From assembly GCA_041670225.1 (NCBI GenBank), contig JBAXZU010000001.1, positions 1 through 63,425 of the forward strand: DNA of 63,425 nt, written 5' to 3'. The notes beneath the pieces are model-generated. The model was not told the origin of the DNA and ran no database searches. It saw nothing but the letters and a program-made list of their open reading frames with translations. This document shows, piece after piece, positions 50,884 to 59,607 of this stretch. The stretch's first letter is position 1. Every line of letters begins with the position of its first letter. This DNA comes from Bacilli bacterium. Its GTDB lineage: Bacteria > Bacillota_I > Bacilli_A > RFN20 > CAG-288. The position numbers and the translations under genes were made by a program.

Positions 50884-52638
50884 ATGTCTGAAAAACAAAA
50901 AAAGGTTATTTACGTGGAAGAGGACGAAGATGACGAAGAAGTTAAGCCTAGAAAACCTAAAGGAACTCCCTCTGGGTTTTCTAGTTTCTTAAATAAGTAT
51001 TTTCATCATCTGGACCGTGGTACTTCACTTCATGGTGAAATCAACAGTGGTATATTCGTCTTCCTTCTTGCTATCTGTATGATCATTGTCAATGTCCAAA
51101 TCATGGGTAATGCGATGAACGGCTCCTACACTATTTCTACTTCTCCTAATGATGCAACCAATATAGCTATGGCTCTTAACTATGCCACTCTCTATGTCGG
51201 AAGCATAATCATTGCCTTTGTCGGTTCTCTTCTTATGGGACTTGTTGCCAAACTGCCATTTGTTCAGATTGCAAATCTTGGTTTAGCATCATCAATAATT
51301 TCTTTGGTGGGTTCAACCAGTGGTTTGACCTACTACAATCTTTTATTCATCAATTTATTGAGATCTCTCCTCTATGTCATTGTCTCTTCCGTTCCATTAA
51401 TCCGTGACTTCTATATTAGAAGCATCCCTAAGGGTGTCAGAAAAGCCTTACCGGCGGCAATGGGAATTCTCTTATTTGTTACCTGCCTTAGCTTAAGCGG
51501 TATTATCTCCTTGAATACCATTAGCGGTGGGTTAGCCGGTGGGGTTACTGTCTTCGGTCTTGCAGACATTTCCAGCATGTCTCTCTTGATGACTGAAGCT
51601 TTTACTGCCATCATTATCGGAATTATTGTCTATGCCGTATTGAAAGCTATGAAAGTTAAGAAATCTCTGTTCTATGGATTTTTGACTGCCACAGTTCTCT
51701 ACTTTGTCATCAATATTTTGGCTAAGGGCCTCAATATTGAAGCTAATACTTCCAATACTGATTCTGTCTTTAATTTCGGACGTATCTGGGTTATTGCCGG
51801 AAGCCAGGCCAGTCCTGTTACTCCTTTTGGTGATAGTTACCTCAGTTATGTCGGAAGTGCTATTGGAAATCTCTTCAGTTCCTTACCTAAGGTCTTTACT
51901 GAAGGAACAGACTTCTCAGCCTGTACTGGAAATGCCTTCTTACTCATTGTCGGTGGAATGCTTAATTGTTTCTTCTTAGCTATGAGTGACTTTGATGCTA
52001 CTATTCTTGGAACCAAGAATATTCTTAACAAAGATGTCAAGGATGAAAAGTATGCTTTGAGTCTGGAAGAGGGAAAAGACGGAAACAGAGCCAGAGTTGT
52101 CAATGCAGGAATGAATGTTGTTGCTCCTTTCTTTGGTCAGGGTCAGGTTACTCTTTCTAAGAGTTCATTAGCCGGTATCATTGATTCAGGCAAATCAGGC
52201 ATTGTTCCTGTTGTCAGTTCCATTGGCTTCCTTATCTGTCTGTTCATCTTAGCTATTCCTGCCTTATTATCAACTACTTTCTATCCAGTCAACTCGATGA
52301 GTCAGTGGAATTACTTCGCTTATGGTAATGGCGGATTCATCTATCTGTTCCAGGGTTTAAGTTTTGCTATTGCTGATGTGGTTATTGCCCTTTGCGGTAT
52401 TTCCATGCTTAGAAACTTAGCTGACTTAGATTGGAAAGACTACCTGACTGCTATCCCAGCTATTGCTACCATTCTTGCTTCCTTGGTTTTCTATAGTTTG
52501 GCTATCGGTGTTCTCTTAGGTGTTGTTGTTTACACCGTTCTGAAGTTCCTTAATGTTCGTGCTGATAATTCTGTGAGCCTCTTTGCTGGCTTTAAGAATA
52601 ACTTCATCGCTAACATCAAGACCTTCACAATTCCGTAA
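50884..52638 (+). CDS. NCS2-family (AzgA-like purine/nucleobase) permease, divergent, with acidic N-terminal extension
   Basis: 584 aa, 12 or more TM segments. FLNKYFHHLDRGTSLHGEINSGIFVFLL resembles the AzgA/PbuG N-terminal motif. Confidence 0.55.
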   Translation: MSEKQKKVIYVEEDEDDEEVKPRKPKGTPSGFSSFLNKYFHHLDRGTSLHGEINSGIFVFLLAICMIIVNVQIMGNAMNGSYTISTSPNDATNIAMALNYATLYVGSIIIAFVGSLLMGLVAKLPFVQIANLGLASSIISLVGSTSGLTYYNLLFINLLRSLLYVIVSSVPLIRDFYIRSIPKGVRKALPAAMGILLFVTCLSLSGIISLNTISGGLAGGVTVFGLADISSMSLLMTEAFTAIIIGIIVYAVLKAMKVKKSLFYGFLTATVLYFVINILAKGLNIEANTSNTDSVFNFGRIWVIAGSQASPVTPFGDSYLSYVGSAIGNLFSSLPKVFTEGTDFSACTGNAFLLIVGGMLNCFFLAMSDFDATILGTKNILNKDVKDEKYALSLEEGKDGNRARVVNAGMNVVAPFFGQGQVTLSKSSLAGIIDSGKSGIVPVVSSIGFLICLFILAIPALLSTTFYPVNSMSQWNYFAYGNGGFIYLFQGLSFAIADVVIALCGISMLRNLADLDWKDYLTAIPAIATILASLVFYSLAIGVLLGVVVYTVLKFLNVRADNSVSLFAGFKNNFIANIKTFTIP

Positions 52639-52697
52639 ATTGTCATCTTTGGAGTCAGTATCCTTTCACTGGTCTTCATAGGATTGATGTAGTTATG

Positions 52698-52745
52698 ATA
52701 TCCGGTTTCAGAATCCATATCTGAAACCGGATATTTCTTCTTTGG
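52698..52745 (+). terminator. rho-independent terminator after the permease gene
   Basis: Perfect 14-bp stem ATATCCGGTTTCAG / CTGAAACCGGATAT with a 9-nt loop, followed by TTTCTTCTTT. Confidence 0.8.
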
Positions 52746-52770
52746 ATGATCTGTTTATGGGGGAAAAAGT

Positions 52771-54465
52771 ATGTCGTTTATTAATCTTCAGAAAAAAATC
52801 AAAAATATTCAGGCTGAGAAACCTAATATGTCTTTAGCTGTTTTAGGTGATGTATCAACTCAGTTTTTGAAGATTGCCTTGCAGGCTATCGGAATGGATA
52901 ATGATATCATTCTGGATGTCTATGAAAGTCAGTATGATGTTGTTATTCAGGAAATATTGGATGATGACAGCGGATTATATCAATTCAATCCAGATAATCT
53001 CCTTCTTTATTTTTCAAGCGAAAAACTTTTAGATGATTTCTATCACTGTCCTGTTAAGGAAAGAACTGGTTTTGCTGATAATTGGATGAACAGTCTTTCT
53101 TCTCTTTTGAATAAGATTTCCGTAAAAATGAAAAAAACAAATATTCTAATCTATGATTTTATTGAAAAAGATGATGGAATATTTGCTGGTTATGCTCTGA
53201 AGACTGAGTCTAGTTTTCTGTATCAGGTTCGGAAACTCAATCTTCTTTTAAGTCAGGAAATCATGAAAAGAAAAAATGTTTTTATTGTTTCCCTGAATTC
53301 CTTAGCACTTGAAAAAGGAACTGAAAATATTTTTTCTTATCCGCTTTTTGATGCTTCCAAAGTCAGTATCAAGCCTGATTATTTAGAAGAATTAGCTAAA
53401 CGGACTATCTCTGTTCTTTCCGCCTTACGAGGAAAAATCCGTAAAGGAATTATTGTTGATTTAGATAACACTCTTTGGGGTGGAGTAATTGGAGATGATG
53501 GGATTGACGGTATTCAGATTGGTGAACATGGAATCGGACGGGCTTTTCTTCGCCTGCAGAAATATCTTAAGGAAATGGAGAGAAGGGGAATTGTTCTCTG
53601 TGTCTGTTCCAAGAATGATATTGGTAATGCAAAAGAACCATTTATCTCACATCCGGAGATGATCCTTCATCTGGATGACTTTGCTCTTTTTGTTGCTAAT
53701 TGGGAGGATAAGGCCACCAATATCCGTTATATTCAGTCAGTTCTCAATGTCTCCATGGATTCTCTGGTCTTCCTTGATGACAACCCTTTTGAAAGAAATC
53801 TAGTGAGAACCATGATTCCGGAAATCACAGTTCCTGAGTTACCGAAAGATCCTAGTCTTTATGTTTCCTATTTAAGAAATCTTAATCTTTTTGAGGTTAC
53901 CAGTATTTCGGAAGAAGACAGCAAAAGAGTGAGCCAATATCAGGCCGAAGGAAAAAGAGAAGAAGCTAAGAAATCTTTTACTTCAATTGAAGATTATCTT
54001 AAGCAATTGAAGATGGTATCTAAATATTCCTCTTTTAAAGAGAAAAACATCTCACGTATTTCGCAGCTGTCTCTTCGAAGCAATCAATTCAATCTCCGTA
54101 CTATCAGATACACTGAATCCGATATCAAGAGAATTATTAATGATAGTAATTATCTGACAATAGAATTTTCACTGAATGACCGTTTTGGTGATTCCGGTCT
54201 GATTTCCGCACTCATTCTTAAAAAAGATGAAAACATTCTTTTTATTGATACTTGGATTATGAGCTGTCGGGTTCTGAAAAGAACAATGGAAAGTTTCATC
54301 ATTAATCAATTAGTTGAGTTATGCCGGGAAAAGGGAATAACTCAGTTGGTAGGAGAATATCTTTCGACCAAAAAGAACTCAATGGTTGCTGATTTATATC
54401 AAAGAATGGGATTTATCAAAAGTGAGGACGGATTATTTGTCCTCAATATCAGGGATGCTAAATAA
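52771..54465 (+). CDS. FkbH-like HAD-IIIC family protein (putative acyl/glyceryl loader for the adjacent carrier protein)
   Basis: 564 aa. HAD-IIIC motifs IIVDLDNTLWGGVIGDDG, LCVCSKND, VFLDDNPFER. FkbH-type C-terminal region (WIMSCRVLKR). Confidence 0.8.
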   Translation: MSFINLQKKIKNIQAEKPNMSLAVLGDVSTQFLKIALQAIGMDNDIILDVYESQYDVVIQEILDDDSGLYQFNPDNLLLYFSSEKLLDDFYHCPVKERTGFADNWMNSLSSLLNKISVKMKKTNILIYDFIEKDDGIFAGYALKTESSFLYQVRKLNLLLSQEIMKRKNVFIVSLNSLALEKGTENIFSYPLFDASKVSIKPDYLEELAKRTISVLSALRGKIRKGIIVDLDNTLWGGVIGDDGIDGIQIGEHGIGRAFLRLQKYLKEMERRGIVLCVCSKNDIGNAKEPFISHPEMILHLDDFALFVANWEDKATNIRYIQSVLNVSMDSLVFLDDNPFERNLVRTMIPEITVPELPKDPSLYVSYLRNLNLFEVTSISEEDSKRVSQYQAEGKREEAKKSFTSIEDYLKQLKMVSKYSSFKEKNISRISQLSLRSNQFNLRTIRYTESDIKRIINDSNYLTIEFSLNDRFGDSGLISALILKKDENILFIDTWIMSCRVLKRTMESFIINQLVELCREKGITQLVGEYLSTKKNSMVADLYQRMGFIKSEDGLFVLNIRDAK

Positions 54466-54494
54466 TTGACGACATATATTCAGGGGGAAAAAGC

Positions 54495-54734
54495 ATGAAA
54501 GAAGAAATGATTTTTGAAAGACTGGAAAAGGTCTTCCGGGAAGTGTTCGATGATGAGACTATAAAACTTACAAAAGAAACGCCCAGTTCTGATGTTGAGG
54601 GATGGGATTCCCTTTCACATCTGCTGTTGATTCAGTCGGTTGAAGATGAATTTTCATTTTCGTTTGAAATGAAGGATATTGTTTCTATGGAAAATGTTGG
54701 TGCCATGATTGATATCATTAAGGAACATATATGA
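54495..54734 (+). CDS. acyl carrier protein (phosphopantetheine attachment Ser39)
   Basis: 79 aa. GWDSLSHLLLIQSVEDEF has the ACP DSL motif (Ser codon at 54609-54611). ATGA overlap with the next gene. Confidence 0.85.
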   Translation: MKEEMIFERLEKVFREVFDDETIKLTKETPSSDVEGWDSLSHLLLIQSVEDEFSFSFEMKDIVSMENVGAMIDIIKEHI

Positions 54735-55528
54735 TTACTTTAGGAATTGATATCGGTTCAACTACATCCAAAGTAGTTATTCTGAAAGACGGCCAAGAGA
54801 TTTTAGCTACTTCTCTTTTACTGATTGGAACCGGAACTAAAGGTCCGGTTCTGGCTATGAATGAAGCCTTAATGAAATCCGGACTGAAAAGAGAAGATAT
54901 TGACTATATTCTGGCTACTGGATATGGTCGAAAGAATTTCACTTTAGCTGATTCTCAGGTTAGCGAATTAAGCTGTCATGCTAAGGGAGTCAATCGGATG
55001 TATCCTCAGGCTAGGACAATCATCGATATCGGAGGACAGGATGCCAAAGTCATTCAGCTTTCCGAAAACGGAAAGATGCTTTCATTTCAGATGAATGACA
55101 AATGTGCAGCCGGAACCGGAAGATTCCTTTCGGTTATGGCTAAAGTTTTAGACATTTCTTTAGAAGATATGGATTCCTATGCCCACAAGTCAAAGAAAAC
55201 TGTAGCCTTGAGTTCTACTTGCACGGTTTTTGCTGAAAGTGAGGTTATTTCCCTGCTTTCAGATGGTATTCCGACTTCAGACATTGTTGCGGCTATTGAC
55301 CGTTCAATTGCTGTCAGAGTCGGAGCCTTAGCTCTGAGATTAGGAATTCAGGATGATGTGATTATGACTGGCGGAGTAGCCAGAAATTCTGTGATTGCTG
55401 AAAATATTTCGACAGTTATCAGCAAAAAAGTGATTGTTTCTGAGATGGCACAGCTGAATGGGGCTTTTGGTGCTGCAATATTAGCCTATGAGAGGGTGAT
55501 AAAAGATGAAAGCTCATCAGCTCTATAA
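54731..55528 (+). CDS. BcrAD/BadFG-type ATPase, 2-hydroxyacyl-CoA dehydratase activase (HgdC-like)
   Basis: 265 aa. LGIDIGSTTSKVVIL ASKHA phosphate-1 motif, DKCAAGTGRFL and SSTCTVFAES (the two Cys regions that ligate the bridging [4Fe-4S] in HgdC). Confidence 0.88.
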   Translation: MITLGIDIGSTTSKVVILKDGQEILATSLLLIGTGTKGPVLAMNEALMKSGLKREDIDYILATGYGRKNFTLADSQVSELSCHAKGVNRMYPQARTIIDIGGQDAKVIQLSENGKMLSFQMNDKCAAGTGRFLSVMAKVLDISLEDMDSYAHKSKKTVALSSTCTVFAESEVISLLSDGIPTSDIVAAIDRSIAVRVGALALRLGIQDDVIMTGGVARNSVIAENISTVISKKVIVSEMAQLNGAFGAAILAYERVIKDESSSAL

Positions 55529-56693
55529 GCAACTCACTGAGGATTATTATTCTCAGGCAGAAGAGGCAAAGAAAGAAGGAAAACTGGTGGGTTGGGCCAG
55601 CAGTAATTTTCCTTGTGAGATACCTGAGTCCTTGTCTTTATGTATTCAGTATCCCGAAAACCATGCCGCCATGCTTAGTTCTAAGAAAGCTGCCGATAAG
55701 TATTTTGCTTTAGCCGAACAAAAGGGTTACAGCAACGATCTTTGTTCATATGCGAGAATCAATCTTGGATATTGTGAGACTTTTGATTCTGAACAAAGAA
55801 ATTTAGTCAGGCCTGATTTTCTTCTCTGTTCCTCTAACACCTGTCATCAGCTGATTAAATGGTATGAGATACTTTCTCTGAAATTTGAGATTCCTCTATT
55901 TATCCTGGATATCCCTTATCAGATGAAAGGAACTCCGGATCAGAATAAACTTGATTATGTAAAAAATCAGCTGGATGTTATTATCAAGGAATTATCTTTT
56001 ATCTCACACCAGACATTTAATCAGTCTAAGCTTGATGAAGTAATGGAAATATGTAAAGAAAATGCTAGGCTTTGGCATTCTATTCTGGATCTAGCTAAGA
56101 ATAAGCCTTCTCCTATCAATGGTTTTGATTTATTTGTCTATATGTCAGCTATTGTGACTATGAGATCAAAAAAGGAAACTACAGTTTTTTTAAAAAAATT
56201 AAAAGAAGAAATTGAAAATAAGGTAGAAAACAAGAAAACAACTTATCCGGGAAAAGAAGAGTACCGAGTTTCTTTTGAGGGTATTTGCTGTTGGCCCTGT
56301 CTTTACGAATTTCAAATTCCTCTGATTAATAATCATATCAATGTGGTTGGCGGAAAATATCTTGATTTATTTGCCTTGACCTATTCGGATTATCCTTCTT
56401 TGATTCAGGCCTACTGCAGTATTCCTAATTCCTTAGGAATTGAAAATGCTATCAAAGAAAGCCGGGAAATAGTTTCAGAGTATCAGACTGATGGAGTGAT
56501 TTTCAATCTGACACGAAGCTGCCGAATTTGGTGTGGTTACTATTTTGCTTTGGAAAGAGAAATCAGAAACGGCTGTAATCAGGAAACCTTACTTATTGAT
56601 TCTGATCAGGCCGATAGACGTAATTTTGCTTTTGCCCAGTATGAAACCCGAGTTGAGGCTTTCAGTGAAATGCTGTCGGAAAAGGAGCAATGA
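55506..56693 (+). CDS. 2-hydroxyacyl-CoA dehydratase family D-component subunit (HgdA/HadB-like)
   Basis: 395 aa. Cys-containing motifs (DLCSYARINLG, RSCRIW) and overall pattern typical of HGD-D proteins. 23-nt overlap with the activase gene. Confidence 0.78.
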   Translation: MKAHQLYKQLTEDYYSQAEEAKKEGKLVGWASSNFPCEIPESLSLCIQYPENHAAMLSSKKAADKYFALAEQKGYSNDLCSYARINLGYCETFDSEQRNLVRPDFLLCSSNTCHQLIKWYEILSLKFEIPLFILDIPYQMKGTPDQNKLDYVKNQLDVIIKELSFISHQTFNQSKLDEVMEICKENARLWHSILDLAKNKPSPINGFDLFVYMSAIVTMRSKKETTVFLKKLKEEIENKVENKKTTYPGKEEYRVSFEGICCWPCLYEFQIPLINNHINVVGGKYLDLFALTYSDYPSLIQAYCSIPNSLGIENAIKESREIVSEYQTDGVIFNLTRSCRIWCGYYFALEREIRNGCNQETLLIDSDQADRRNFAFAQYETRVEAFSEMLSEKEQ

Positions 56694-56694
56694 A

Positions 56695-57804
56695 ATGAGT
56701 ATAAATGAAATAATTGCTCAGTTTTCTGAGATTTCACTCCATCCATCGATAAAGTTAAGTGAATACAAGAAAAATGGACTTAAGGTCATAGGTGTCTTAC
56801 CCTGTCATGTTCCCGAAGAAATCATTCATGCCTGTGGTGCTGTTCCTTTCGGAATCTTGGGTATGGAAGCAAAAGCCGTGAAGGCTAAGGAATATTTTCC
56901 GTCTTTTTTCTGCTCGATACTGACAACCTCGATGGAAATGCTGCTTAGTGGAATGTTTGATTCTTTAGATGGAATAGTTTTAACTGATTTATGTGATTCT
57001 TTGAAGTCTTTCAGTCAGAATGCGATGCTATCTAAGAAAAATATTAATTTCATTCCTTTGTCTTTGCCTATTAATACTGTTTCTATAGCTAGCAAGGCTT
57101 ATTTTGAAAGCCAAATGAAAGTTTTCTCTAAAAAGCTCAGTTCAATTACCGGAATCAATCTGACTTCGGAAAGACTGAAGGAATCAATTGAGAAATATAA
57201 CCTGAATAAGAAGCTTTTGAATGATTTTCTGGCTTTAACGAGAAATCATTCCAAGACAATTACCTCCTTGGTCAGGGCTTCTGTCATTAAGGCTTGCTAT
57301 TTTCTGACGGTTGAGGAAGCTAATCAGTTACTTTGTCAGCTTAATGCGGAACTAGAAAAACTTCCTAACGAAAAATCCGGTCTGAAAATTGCTGTTACCG
57401 GAATTCTTTTTGATAATCCTGAGACTCTTCAGATGCTGGATAATAACGGAATCACTATTGTGGCATCTCAGGTTCTCTATGAAACAAATAAGACCGATAA
57501 TCCATGTTCTCAGACTGATTTGAGCGGAATTACGGAAAGGTATTTCACTCTCAATTCTTCTTTGCTAGGTCAAAGACAGTTCTTACGAAAGGCTAGTCTA
57601 GATTCTTTGATTAACAGGTATCATCCAGAAGGTGTGATTTTTGCAATGACCAAGTTCTGTGATCCCGAAGAATACGACTTTCCTTTAATTAAAAAAAGCA
57701 TTCAGAATCAGGATATTCCTTTTGTGGTTTTGGAGATGAATAAAGGAAGTGAGAGCTTAGGTAAGAATCAGACAATCATTGATGCTTTAGGAGAAATGAT
57801 ATGA
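56695..57804 (+). CDS. 2-hydroxyacyl-CoA dehydratase family D-component subunit (HgdB/HadC-like)
   Basis: 369 aa from the ATG at 56695 (AAGGAG RBS). TDLCDSLK and TKFCDPEEYDFP motifs. The longer track ORF (from 56533) overlaps the previous gene and is rejected. Confidence 0.78.
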   Translation: MSINEIIAQFSEISLHPSIKLSEYKKNGLKVIGVLPCHVPEEIIHACGAVPFGILGMEAKAVKAKEYFPSFFCSILTTSMEMLLSGMFDSLDGIVLTDLCDSLKSFSQNAMLSKKNINFIPLSLPINTVSIASKAYFESQMKVFSKKLSSITGINLTSERLKESIEKYNLNKKLLNDFLALTRNHSKTITSLVRASVIKACYFLTVEEANQLLCQLNAELEKLPNEKSGLKIAVTGILFDNPETLQMLDNNGITIVASQVLYETNKTDNPCSQTDLSGITERYFTLNSSLLGQRQFLRKASLDSLINRYHPEGVIFAMTKFCDPEEYDFPLIKKSIQNQDIPFVVLEMNKGSESLGKNQTIIDALGEMI

Positions 57805-58076
57805 TAGTCGAATTCAGTAACTTAGTGATTGTTCTTTCACCATTGCTTTGGCTTCTCTATATTTTAAGCCTGGTTTTCATGGTTCTTGAAGAGCTTTATG
57901 ATGTTAAAGGAATCTTCCGTTTTATTTCTTATGGATTATGTGTGGTTTTTATCTGTGTCAGTTTTATGAGTGGCTGCAAATATCAGGAACTGATACTGTT
58001 CCTTTTGGTTTGGATAGTAATTCAGGCAATCTCAATTTCTTTACATAATAAAAAAGATGGAGCTAAAGAATTATGA
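57801..58076 (+). CDS. small integral membrane protein (three TM segments), translationally coupled on both sides
   Basis: 91 aa. ATG overlaps the upstream TGA (ATGATATGATAG) and its TGA overlaps the MBOAT ATG (ATGA). Occupies the position of a DltX-like accessory protein. Confidence 0.5.
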   Translation: MIVEFSNLVIVLSPLLWLLYILSLVFMVLEELYDVKGIFRFISYGLCVVFICVSFMSGCKYQELILFLLVWIVIQAISISLHNKKDGAKEL

Positions 58077-59599
58077 ACTTCATCTCACTTATTTATTTAG
58101 CTTCATTTATCGTATTTTCAATTCTTTTCTTCTTACTTCCTAAGAAGATTCAACCCTATCTTCTGCTTATTGCCTCATTAGGATTCTATGCCTATAGCGG
58201 GTGGCAATCTTTGCTTTGCTTGATTGGATTAGGGCTTATCGGCTATCTTTCCGGTCTTTTTCTGGGAAGGAATATTTCCCATTCAAAAGGAAATGAGCTT
58301 TCGGAGAAAGAAATAAAAAAGAATCGTGTCTTCCGTAAGGTTATTATTGGTGTTTCTATTATTCTTGATTTCCTGATCCTTATTTATGGAAAGTTTGGAG
58401 TATCCTTAATTCAGGAAATCAATAGTTCTGCCAAGGCTAGTGATATTCTTATTCCGTTAGGACTTTCTTTTATTGTTTTTGAAAACATCAGCTACACCGT
58501 TGATGTCTACCGTCAGACTATTGAATATGAAAGAAATCCATTTAACTATTATTTATTTATTTGTTATTTTCCTAAGATTCTGATGGGACCGATTGAAAGA
58601 TATGGAAAGTTTATGCCTGAGCTTTTAAAAGAACATCAGGCTCAGAGTGAAGATATTCAGCAAGGATCAGTAAGAATTCTTCTGGGATTCTTTAAAAAAA
58701 TAGTAGTAGCAGAAAGTATCTATCCTTTTATCAATAATGTTCTGAATGAGAAAAGCAATGTAGGCAGCTTAGTTGTTCTGGCACTGCTTTTGTATTCTTT
58801 CTATCTTTATCTGGATTTTTCCGGATATATGGATATTGCGGTCGGCTCTTCTCAGGTTTTAGGAATTAAGCTAAGTGAGAATTTCCGTTCTCCTTACTTA
58901 TCCACATCGATTGGTGAATTCTGGAGAAGATGGCATATCACTTTGGGAGCTTTCTTCAAAGATTATGTTTATTATCCTTTGATGATGTCACCTTTATGAA
59001 AAAGACTGCTTTCTAAGAAAAAGAAATGGATCAATAAACTATTGACGGTAATTGCTCTTCTGATTACCTGGACTTTGATGGGCTTATGGCATGAAAGCAC
59101 GCTTAATTTCCTTGTTTATGGTCTTTATCATGGTTTCTTCTTAATTTTGGAAGCCTTATTTGAAACTCCTATCCGGAAACTGATGAAGAAGCATGGTTTT
59201 GATTATCAGAATCGGGGATATGTGATTCTTAAAACTATTATCACCTTCTCATTGGTGACTTTCGGATATGTTTTCTTTGTGACAAATAGCATTCAGGCCT
59301 CCTTTTCTTTGATTTCCTCAATATTTTCTACTAATAATATTTTGCTTCTTTTTGGTGATGCTCTATGTGAAAACGGACTTCCCGTGTTCACAATTCTGGT
59401 TTTCCTTATTTCTTCTCTTTTCCTCTTAATTGTTCAGGGAATTCTGAAACCCAAATCGAATCTGACTTTAAGATGTCAGTCAAATTCCGGAGCTAAACTT
59501 TCTTTGGTTATTGTCACTTTAGTAATTGTTTCTTTAAGCTGGCTGATTCTCTACGAGAGCGGAGACAGTGTCAGTCAGTTTGTCTATTTTCAGTTTTAG
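58073..59599 (+). pseudogene. MBOAT-family membrane O-acyltransferase (DltB/AlgI-like) with an in-frame TGA at 58997-58999
   Basis: EFWRRWHITLGAFFKDYVYYPL before the stop and MGLWHESTLNFLVYGLYHG (catalytic His region) after it, in the same frame. Reading through gives one 508-aa MBOAT. Confidence 0.8.
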
Positions 59600-59607
59600 G
59601 AGGAAGT

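Noticed and set aside
56533-56694. N-terminal 54-codon extension of the second dehydratase subunit ORF
   Set aside because: It overlaps the 3' end of the preceding gene in another frame. The ATG at 56695 has an AAGGAG RBS and starts right after the upstream stop.
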